A program made the position numbers and the translations under genes. This document shows, piece after piece, positions 13,001-24,300 of a stretch of 64,000 nt of DNA. This DNA comes from Felis catus (lineage: Eukaryota). The stretch covers positions 118,112,001-118,176,000 of the forward strand of contig NC_058373.1 in NCBI RefSeq assembly GCF_018350175.1, given 5' to 3'. The notes under the pieces were generated by a model. It saw nothing but the letters and a program-made list of their open reading frames with translations, ran no database searches and was not told the DNA's origin. The stretch's first letter is position 1, and each line of letters starts with the position of its first letter.

Positions 13001-16000
13001 AAAATGCAGATTTCACTACGATGTCAGTAATAGCCCATTAATCTCTCTTAAACCTTCAGAGCAGCAGATACTTGTCTTAGAGATTTTCTTTGACACTGAC
13101 TGACATTCCTGGTCATATTTTTTGCATGATTTATTTTGGATTTTTTTAAGTAATTAATTTATTTTTAATTTCTTTAAAGTAAGCTCTATGCACAACGTGG
13201 GGCTTGAAAACATGACCCCGAGATTAGGAGTCTTATGCTCCACTGACTGAACTACCTAGGCTGCCTTATTTTTTTAATTTTTAGAGAGAGTGTGAGCAGG
13301 GTAGGGGGCAAAGGGAGAGAGAGAATCTTAAAGCAGGCTACACACTCAGTGCAGAGCCTGACTCGGGGCTCAATCCCATGACCCTGAGATCGTGATCTGA
13401 GGTGAAATCAAGAGTCGGACACTCAACTAACTAAGCCACCCAGGTGCCCCTGATTTTTGTTTTTATTAAAGAACCAGCAGTAACACGATTCTATCTAGGT
13501 TTCCAGATTCGTTTCTCATTTGATACCTTTTTTTTTTTTTAACCTTTTGAAGGATTCATTAATACTGTTGTTTACCCATAAGTGAACCTGTATTTGTGTA
13601 AGTTACTGGCTTTCAGGATGTACTGAATCAGATGAACATGAATCAACAACTATAGAGTTTTTTAAACTTCTGAGACGAAAGCATATTGTGGCAGCCTTTT
13701 TGCTTTTTGAATAGTTTTTTTTTGTTGTTATGTAAGTTTATATGGACTGGTCTGATGCCCCATTGCTTTTGAAAATAAGGCATTCATCAATATCTCATTG
13801 TCATTAGTCCTGCATTTTTATCTGTTGGTATGGCACGTAGTTGATATAGAATGTAGTCTTATATACTTGTATTTTTACAATTTATTATGCTTTTTTCCTC
13901 AGGGACCCCAATGATTCCTGTACCAATGAGCATTATGGCTCCTGCTCCAACTGTAAGTACAATTTTAAGGAGGAATGAGGAGATACAGTAGTAATACTTC
14001 TTTTAAAGCTAAACAACTTGATAAAGTATTTTAATGTTTAAAAGAATGGTGGAGAGTGAGAGCATCCATGTATTTGAGTATCATTTTCACTCAGCTATGC
14101 ATATTATGCAGTTGCCCCTAAAATAGGCTCCCTAAATAGTTTTATGATTTCCTTCGTATTCTCTACACTCTTCATATACTTGTTTTTTCAGATTTAGGAC
14201 ATTGGTTTTTTCACCATTCTCTCATTTTGTCTTGGTCCTGGGAGATAGGAGAATGATCTGATATGCCTAATCTCATAAAAGAAAGAAAAAATACTGTAGG
14301 AATGGTCTTAGCAGAAATTTAAATTCTGAAGTGAAATTTGAGTTGAATATATTTCCATTCTTTCCTCAGACCTACCTAATTTTTAGCCCCTTCCAACCTA
14401 TTTTTTCTCTGTTGTCTGTTATGGTATCTTTAAGCTTTGTAAAGTTTTATTGAAGCCTTTATTCTGCTAAACTGTTTCATTTTCAGTCTTCTTAAGCCTT
14501 AATTCTTCACATTCATCAAAGCTTTTGTACATTCTCAGCATCTTCATTAAGAATGCCAACATGCTACTACACATGAATAAATAATAATTCTCTTAACTGT
14601 TATTTAGCCAGAATTTTTCTTTGAGTTAACTGGTAGAATATGAAGCTTCATTTGGAATTCTATGAGGGAGGGTAGATCTCATTACTTTCAACTGTTTCTC
14701 TACCTGTGGATTTTGAAATGGGAGGGAGAAGGAGGTGTTACCTATATTAAAAAGGAGATGGTAACTCTGTGGGGAAACAAATTTGCTGTGAGGCCGACCA
14801 CTAAGAAGATACGGTTCTTCAGACCAAGGGGAGGTCTAATTTTTCTTGGATCAGATACCCATTGTTGGGGTATTTTGGAAAACCTCCACCTGACAGGTAC
14901 TTACTGTCTTGCATTTCAGCCTAGGAAAAGGTGGGACTTGGGGTTTGGAGCAGCTCCCTCAGTTCACCGCTCTTTATTCAGTGCCTTCTGTGGATGTTTT
15001 GCTAAATTCAGTTTCAGATGTAAAAATGAGTAAGATTGGTTCTCTGGGAAGTTGAAAGTTACAAAGGAAAAGTAAAAAATGCAACTGATAAAGGTAAAAT
15101 TTAAGTTTTGGAGAATGCTGTGAGAGTATTTGAATACTCTTGTCAGAGGATTAGCAGGGATAATTGAAATTTGCTTTTATGTTTGTACAGAGTAGAGTTG
15201 TGACGGATCTCCTGGATATATTTGATAATTTTAAATCACTTATGATATCGTGGACATTTAAGAATTAGGTCTTAAATATAAAGAACATTGTTATGTTTAT
15301 TTTTATTTTCTTTTCCAAGTTGTTTTTAAAAGAAAGGTTATCTAATAATAGAACTTGTCGCAAATAATTTTGTGTTAATGAAAAATGATAGGAGCTTTAG
15401 ATTAGGTATGTAGAACCTTTACTAATTGCTGTGTATGCACTACTTAAAAATTGTTGTTAGCTTAATGTTACATTAAACGTGATGGGAATTTAATTGCCAG
15501 GTCCAATTTTACTGCCTTTTTTTCACTCTAGGTTTTAGTACCCACTGTGTCCATGGTTGGAAAGCATTTGGGAGCAAGAAAGGATCATCCAGGCTTAAAG
15601 GCTAAAGAAAATGATGAAAATTGTGGTCCCACTACTACAGTTTTTGTTGGCAACATTTCTGAGAAAGCTTCAGACATGCTTATAAGACAGCTCCTTGCTG
15701 TAAGTGTTAAACTGTTTTTCATTCTTAAGTTTTATTATCGATTTCAAATTTATGAAAACGCAGAAAGGACTGAATAATCCTTTTCTGCTTTTTATTTTGA
15801 AAATGTTCAATCCTGCAAAACAGTTGAATGAATAGTATAGTGAAACACAATTTTGTTTTGCCACATTTATTTTCTACCTGCGCGCACACACACACCCACA
15901 CATTTTTTCTGAATGATTGGAGATTAAGTTGTGATGTGATGTTTCATCTCTAAATACTTCCTGTTTTTCCTAAGATGGAGGACATTCTCCTATATGATCA

Positions 16001-18303
16001 CAAAACCATCATCATACTTAAGAAATTTAAGGCTGGGATACCTGGGTGATGCAGTTGGTTAAGCATCTGACTTGGGCTCAGGTCTTGATCTCAAGGTTGG
16101 TGAGCTCTAGCCTCACTGGGGATGAGCTCGAGCCCTCCCACTCCCACTCTCCCTGTCTTTGCCCCTTGTGGAATTCTCTCTCTTTCCCTCTTTCTCTGCC
16201 CCTCGCTCACTTGTGCGTTCTCGCAAAAAAAAAAAAAAAAAGGCTGATACAGTATTTTTTCCCCCTGATATAATATTGTTAACTGAATGTATTTGCAATT
16301 CATATGTAATTTTCCCAATAATCTCCATAATTGCTGCATTTTGTTTAGCTATGATTCAGTCAAGGATTATACATTGTACTGAATTGTTATACTTTGTTGG
16401 CAGGGCAGAGACTGACATGAGGCTCATAAGAGCATAAGGTCACGACCTGAGCCTCCTGACCTGAGCCAAAAATCAAGAGTTGGATGCTTAACCACAGAGC
16501 CACCCTGGCGCCCCTAGACATCTTCTCTAATACAGAATAGCTTCCTGTCTTTTGCTTGTTTGTTTGTTTGCTTGTTTTGTTTTTGTTTTTCATGACATTG
16601 ACATTTTTTAAAAAAGGTTTATTTTGGGGGGCGCCTGGGTGGCGCAGTCGGTTAAGCGTCCGACTTCAGCCAGGTCACGATCTCGCGGTCCGTGAGTTCG
16701 AGCCCCGCATCGGGCTCTGGGCTGATGGCTCAGAGCCTGGAGCCTGTTTCCGTTTCTGTGTCTCCCTCTCTCTCTGCCCCTCGCCCGTTCATGCTCTGTC
16801 TCTCTCTGTCCCAAAAATAAATAAACGTTGAAAAAAAAAAAATTAAAAAAAAAAAAAAAAGGTTTATTTTTGAGAGAGACAGAGGGAGAAGCGCGAGCAC
16901 AGGGAGGGGCAGAGACAGAGGGAGACAGAAAATCTGAAGCAGTCTCTAGGCTCCAAGCTGTCAGCGCAGGGCCCAGCTCAGGGCTCAGACTCACTAATTG
17001 TGAGATCGTGACCTGAACCAAAGTCAGATGCTTACCTGACGGAGCCACCCAGGTGCCCCTGACATTGATGTTTAAAAAAATTTTTTTTTAATGTGTATTT
17101 ATTTTTGAGAGAGAGAGCATGGACAGGAGAGGGGCAGAGGATACAAAGTGGGCTCTGTGCTGACAGCCTGATGTGGGGCTTGAACTCATTAACTGTGAGG
17201 TCATGACCTGAGGTGAAGTCAGACACTTAACAGATGGAGCCATCCAGTTGCCTCATTGGTTTTCTTTTTTTCTTAGTTTAAAAATTTTTATCCTGGGACG
17301 GGTGGGTGGCTCAGTTGGTTAAGCTTCCGACTTTGGCTCAGGTCATGATCTCGCTTGTTAGTGGGTTCGAGCCCCACGTTGGGCTCTGGGCTGACAGCTC
17401 AGAGCCCTGAGCCTGCTTCAGATTCTGTGTCACCCTCTCTCTCTCCCCTTTCTGCTCATGCTCTGTCCCATGCCCTCTCTCTCTCTCAAAAATAAACAGA
17501 AAAAAAAAAGATTAAAAATTTTATCCTGGTGATGAATGCGCTTTAAGTGAAATAATAATGATTTTATAATAAAAAGCAACAGTGCTTGTACTCTCTCCCT
17601 CCATAATCTCCTCTGTTTTTTAAAGAAGTGATTTTAAAATCTTCTCCTTTTTGATTTTATTGCCATTTCTGTTTTGTAGAGTGTATGATCCTTGAATTAA
17701 AAAATGCTTAGGAAATAAACACCACAAAACGTAGCTTCGTCAGATTCAGTATTTTGTGATACTATCTCTAGATTTTTTTCTTAAGAAATAAATCATTACA
17801 GGGGCGCCTGGGTGGCGCAGTCGGTTAAGCGTCCGACTTCAGCCAGGTCACGATCTCGCGGTCCGTGAGTTCGAGCCCTGCGTCAGGCTCTGGGCTGATG
17901 GCTCAGAGCCTGGAGCCTGTTTCCGATTCTGTGTCTCCCTCTCTCTCTGCCCCTCCCCCGTTCATGCTCTGTCTCTGTCCCAAAAAAAAAAAAAAAAAAA
18001 AAACGTTGAAAAAAAAGAAATAAATCATTACAGTTGGCCCCAATTCCCACTTCTTTTTTCACAGAGGTAATTATCAGAGGTAAACCACTATCCTAAATTT
18101 GGTGTTTATCATTCATGTGTGTATTTCTTACTTTAATTACATATTTATATATTCAGAAAATTTATAATTAAATTTTAATTCTATAGTATATAACTTGGTT
18201 TTTTTCACCTAATATGTATATACCTTTAGTTTACTTATTGCTATGTACCATTGGATTGTAGTAATGTACCATGAATTTTAAATTTTCTTTTTTTAAAAAA
18301 TAT

Positions 18304-18350
<47 letters not shown>

Positions 18351-21300
18351 TTTTGAGACAGGGAGAGAAACAGAGCATGAGCAGGGGAGGGCCAGAGAGA
18401 GAGGGAGACACAGAATCCGAAGCAGGCTCCAGGGAAACAGAGCATGAGCAGGGGAGGGCCAGAGAGAGAGGGAGACACAGAATCCGAAGCAGGCTCCAGG
18501 CTCTGAGTTGTCAGCACAGAACCCAATGTGGGGCTTGAACTCACAAACCAAGAGATCATGACCTGGAATTTAAAATTTTCTAATGATAGTCTTATGGATT
18601 GTTTCTATTTCTTAACACTATTTTTTGCTGTATGATTACTGGTAATGTCATGTCTTCAGTGAACATGAAAAAACTTCTGTCATGTATTCTCTTAGAAGTG
18701 GAATTTCTGAGTCTTACAGCATGTTTATCTTCAGTTTTACAAGATAATGCCAACTTTTTTCCAAAGGAATGTTGGGAGGACATTTTTTTAAAAAACATCT
18801 CTATTGTGACATAATACTTATACTTTAAAATTCACCCTTCATAATAATTCAGTTGTTTTTAGTATATTCACAAAGTTGTACAAACATCACCACTAACTTC
18901 ATTCTAGAACATTTTCATCACCCCAACTACAAAACCTGTACCCTGTAAGTCACTTCCCATTCTCTTCTCTCCCCAGTGTATGGCAACCACTATCCTACTT
19001 TCTGTCTGTGTAGTTTTGCCTATTGTGGGTATTTTATAGACAGAGAATCATAGGGTATGTGTGGCTTTTTGTGTTTTGTCTTTTCTTTTTTACTTAATGT
19101 TTTCAGGGTTCGTCTATATTGTAGCTTATATCAGTATTTCGTTCCTTTTTATGGCCAAATACTCCATCTGATGGACATACCTCATTTTGTTTACCCATTC
19201 ATTAGTTGATGGGCAATTGGGGTATTTCCACTTTTTGGTTGTCGTGAATAACGGTGCTGTGAATATTTGTGTACAATTGTGTGGAGATAATGTATATATT
19301 CTATTTGAAACATCTTTTTTATTTATTTTTAAAGTTTGTTTATTTTGAGAGAGAGAAAGAGAGAGAGATTGAGAATCCCAAGCAGGCTCTGTGCTATCAG
19401 CACAGAGCCTGATGCAGGGCTCGAACTCACTAGCTGTGAGATCATGACCTGAGTCGAAGTTAGATGCTTAACTAACTGAGCCACCGGGGCTCCCCTTTAA
19501 GTTTTTTTTTTTTTTTTTTAATTTTTTTTTTTTTAACGTTTATTTATTTTTGAGACAGAGAGAGACAGAGCATGAACAGGGGAGGGGCAGAGAGAAAGGG
19601 AGACACAGAATCCGAACAGGCTCCAGGCTCTGAGCTGTCAGCACAGAGCCCGACACGGGGCTCAAACTCACGGACTGTGAGATCAAGACCTGAGCCGAAG
19701 TCGGACGCTTAACCTATCAAGCCACCCAGGCGCCCCTCCCCTTTAAGTTTTAAGTAGGCTCTGTGACCAGTGCAGGGCTCAAACTCACAACCCTGAGATC
19801 AAGTTGCATGCTATACTGAATGAGCCATCAGGGTACCCCTTATTTTTCTTTTAAGGCCTTAAATGTCTAGTGATCCTTGATTGCTTACATTTAAGAGTTA
19901 GGGATTAAAAGTCTTTTTGTGTGGAAATGCTGGGTTTGTAAAATGTTGAACATCATTGTAGGGTAATTTAGCCATCAGTTGATTGGTTTCATGCCTAGTG
20001 AGCATATGATTGGCTGCCCTTGTTACCCATTCTGTATCCCTTCCTGATCTTTCATATCTGTTCTGTTCACTTTCTTCATAACTTCATTCTTTCTTTACCT
20101 GAGGATGGGGATAGTATAGTTTCTTATAAAGATAGCAGGCTATCTTCTCTGGGGGTGGAGATTAGAGTAGTTGCTTGAAAAGAACTCTGAGGCTTTGATT
20201 GTTCCATATTCATATTGTCAGGCAAGCACCTGTTTTTATTCAGCTTCATTCTGCAACCCATTCTCTACTGTACGCACCTTTTACCTCTAGTCTAGGTCCA
20301 CTTGGCTTTGTAGAATCCATTAACCTAATTCTTTCTCAGTAGTATCTTCATCTGTTAACACTTGGGAGTTATGGCTTTCTTTGATACACTGAATGAGTTC
20401 CCATCCTTCCATTTGCCTTTTGTCTTTAAAAATTTTTTTTAATGTTTATTCATTTTTGAGAGAGCGCGAGTGGGGGAGGGGCAGAGAGAGACTCTGAAGC
20501 AGGCTCCAGACTCAGAGCAGTCAGCACAGGCACAGGCACAGGGTCTGACGCAGGGCTTGAATTCACGGATGGGCAGATCATGACCTGAGCCGAAGTTGGT
20601 CGCTTAACCAACTGAGCCACCCAGGCGCCCCTTGCCTTTTGTCTTCTTAAAATTTTGTTGAATTCTGGTGCTGTTTCCCCCTGCAATGTTTGATCTCATG
20701 GGTTTTTATCTTTTATATTCCTTGATTTTCATTTTATTGGTTTCTGTGAAGGAAGATGTGAAAAATACATGCATTCTCTTAGTTTTGACAGGCAGTCTTC
20801 AGTTACCATTTTCCACAAATAACTTTTTTTTTAACCTTCTAGCTTTTACTTTAATAATTAGAAATAATGTTTAAAAACTTTGCAAGTAAACAAAATAATG
20901 TTTTCTTCAGGTAACCTGCTCCACTCATATTTCTGATTTATCGAAAATTTTTTTCATTGCATAAAGTCTTACTGTATATTTGCAATTTCATGTCCCATGT
21001 TATTTTTGTATCCTTATCAAGCATTTCCCCATGTTACTAAAAGACTTTTATGATATAGGGGTGCCTGGCTGGCTCACTGGGTAGAGCATGCAACTCTTGA
21101 TCTTGGGGTTGTGAGTTTGAGCCCCCACATTGGGTATAGAGATTACTTAAAAAAAATCTTTAAAAAGTTGTTTATAGTATATACATGTGTTTTAAAACAT
21201 AATTTTTATGGACTAATTTACTTGAATTTTTTTATAGTTTATTTTAAATACTATGATACTGGTAATTTTGGTGTTGTATATATTTTGGATAAGGTAAATA

Positions 21301-24300
21301 ATGCTGTAAAATTTCTATATTAAAAGGTAGCCAATTTTCTGCAAATAAGAATCTGTAAGAATTTATTATTTTTCTTTTAAATGATGTATATTGCTTTTAT
21401 ATAATAAGCTTGTGGGAATTGAGAGAATTTTAAGAAATTTAATAGCTGGTATGATTTTTTTCTTTTTTCTTTTATTTTTCTCCTGGTGGAAATATGATTG
21501 TGTTCTTATTTTTATTACAAATTAATTTATTTTATTAAATGGTAATGATCATTTTTTGTTTTTTATTTTGAAGAAATGTGGCTTGGTTTTGAGTTGGAAG
21601 CGAGTACAAGGTGCATCTGGGAAACTTCAAGGTAGGTAATTCTTTCTTATTAAGATCATTTTAAGCTATATAGATAGCTTCTTACATGTTTGACTCTTAT
21701 TTCCCTTAACCATGGAGTATTCTGTTAGCACTCTTTGTCTTCCTTCTTACTGGAATAGGATTAAAGGTGGTTGGAAAGATTTAGCTGGGAGTTGAGATTA
21801 GAAAGTGGAAAAGCATTAACAGGAAAGAGGTAGGAGAGGAAAAAATATTCAGAGTTTTTTTTTTTTTTACAGTATTGTTTTGAAAAGTCTGTTTTTCTCG
21901 GAGCAGGAGTGTATGATTAGCATTCAACACTTAGGAAGGAAGCAGGAGAACTGATGGTGAGATGACCTGTTTGTCTTAGAAGCAGGCTGTTCTTTCTTCT
22001 TGGTAAAAGCACCTGTTTGGTGTACATTATTCTTTTTTTTAATGTTTATTTTTGAGAGACGGGGTGTGGGGAGGCTAGGGGAGGGGTGGGAGTTGGGCGG
22101 GGGGGGGGGGGGGGGCAGAGGATCCGAAGTAGGCTCCACATGGTGACAGCAGAGAGCCTGATGCAGAGCCAGAACTCACATACCATGAGATCATGACCTG
22201 AGACAAAGTCAGATGCTTAATGACTGATGTATGTTCTTTTTTAAAGATTTTAATTTTTTTTAACGTTTATTAATTATTAAAAGAGAGAGAGCGTGAGCAG
22301 GGGAGGGGCAGAGGGAGAGGGAGACACAGAATCTGAAGCAGGCTCCAGGCTCTGAGCTATCAGCACAGAGCCGACACGGGGCTCAAACTCACAAACCGTG
22401 AGATATGACCTGAGCTGAAGTTGGACGCTTAACCGACTGAGCCACCCAGGCACCCCGACTGATGTACATTCTTGAAACACTTTTTATTATGGAAAAAATC
22501 ATGCACATATAAAATTAGAGTAGTGTGATGAACTTCCACATACTCATCACCTAGCTTTATCAACTCATGGTCAATTGTGCTGAAGCTGTACCCTATCCAT
22601 TTCCTCCTTATGTTATTTTTAAATTTATTGTTTAATTTCTTTTATTGTTTTAAAAATATTTTTGAGAAAGAGAGGCAGAGGATAGAGGGAGACAGACTCC
22701 CAAGCAGGTTCTGCACTCTCAGAGCAGAGTCTGATGTAGGGCTCAAACTCACGAACCATGAGATCACAACCTAAGCCGAAATCAAGAGTCAGATGCTTAA
22801 CCATTGAGCCACCCAGGCACCGCCTTCTTATATTATTTTTAGGCAATCCCAAGCACCCATCACACCCCCTCTTTATATATTATTTTTAAGCAATCCCAAG
22901 CACTCATCCTATTTTAGTGTGTATCTCTACAAGATAGGAGTTTTTTAAAAAATTTACTGAAAATACTATCATAAGACCTTCAAAAATTAACTATTTTTCT
23001 TAATATTGTAAGTCAGTGTTCAGATGTCACAAATACCAATTTTTAAATATTTTGTTTAATTCAGGATCTATACATAGCATATTGCAGTTGGCTGGCATAT
23101 TTTTAAGACTTTTTAAAAATATTTTAAGTTCTCGCTCTCTTTTCCTTTGCAGTTATTTGTGGAAGAAACTATGTCATTTTCCCAGTAGTGTTTCTTTAGT
23201 CTAGATTTGCTGATTGCAGCTCCACGCAGAATAATATGCCAGTGCTTCTCTGTCTTCTGTATTTATTTTATTTATTTATTTAAAATTTTTTTTTAATGTT
23301 TTATTTATTTATTTATTTTTAATTTTTTTATTTTAACGTTTATTTATTTTTGAGACAGAGAGAGACAGAGCATGAACGGGGGAGGGTCAGAGAGAGAGGG
23401 AGAATCTGAAGCAGGCTCCAGGCTCTGAGCTGTCAGCACAGAGCCCGATGCGGGGCTCAAACTCATGGACCATGAGATCATGACCTGAGCCAATGTCAGA
23501 TGCTTAACCGACTGAGCCACCCAGGCGCCCCTGTCTTCCGTATTTTATGTAAACTGGTTGGTAGTTGTATCTTGAGACTTTGATTTGAGTTCATATGTGT
23601 TATTTTTTTGATGCTTTTATTTATAAGAATTTTCTAAAGGTATTGTTCTTCCATCATCAGACACTAGATTATTATTATTATTTTTTTTTTTTTTTAATTT
23701 TTTGTGGTTTGAGATGCAGCTGTTGATTGTCTGTTCCTGGATTGATTTATTCATTGGAGGATTGCAAAATGCGCTAGTCTAATTTGAGGACTACTGTCAT
23801 TCATTCATTGAAAAATAAATCTTCTTGTGGTGCCTGGGTTGCTCACTCAGTTAAGCGTCCCACTTGAGTGTCCAACTTTGGCTCAGGTCATCACCTCACA
23901 GCTCATGAGTTCAAGCCCTGTGTCAGGCTCGGTGCTGATAGCTCAGAGCCTGGAGCCTGCCTCAGATTTTGTGTCTTTCTCTGCCCCTTCCTACTTGCCC
24001 TGACTCTGTCTCTGTCTCTCTCTCTTAGATATAAATAAACATTAAACAAAATTTTTAATACTTTTTTTCAAGTTTTTATTTATTTTGAGGGAATGGGTGA
24101 GAGAGGGGCAGAGAGAGAGGGAGAGAATCCCAAGCTGGTTCCACACTGTCAGTTCAAAGCCTGATGCAGGACTCGAACTCACCAACCATGAGAACATGCA
24201 TGACCTGAGCTGAAACCAAGAGTCCGATGCTTAACTGACTGAGCCACCCAGTGACCCCCAAAACATTAAAAAGAAAAAAAAAAGAAAAAGAAAAGAAAAG

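Larger units (their letters stand above)
7626..13450. mobile_element. CanSINE cluster: + copies near 7626, 9787, 10191, 11375, 11617, 12776; - copies near 7995-8203, 8614-8714, 8970-9188, 9415-9573, 10990-11214, 11705-11922, 12285-12385, 13140-13450
   Basis: tRNA-derived head (ggggcgcctgggtggctcagtcggttaagc...gttcgagccc), (CT)n linker and aataaa/A tail. Several TSDs, e.g. tgagaaccattatctt 8598/8715 and tagagcttacttta 11691/11923. Confidence 0.9.

Noticed and set aside
22061..22115. Long G-rich tract with quadruplex potential
   Set aside because: It is an expanded linker of an antisense SINE, with no evidence of function.
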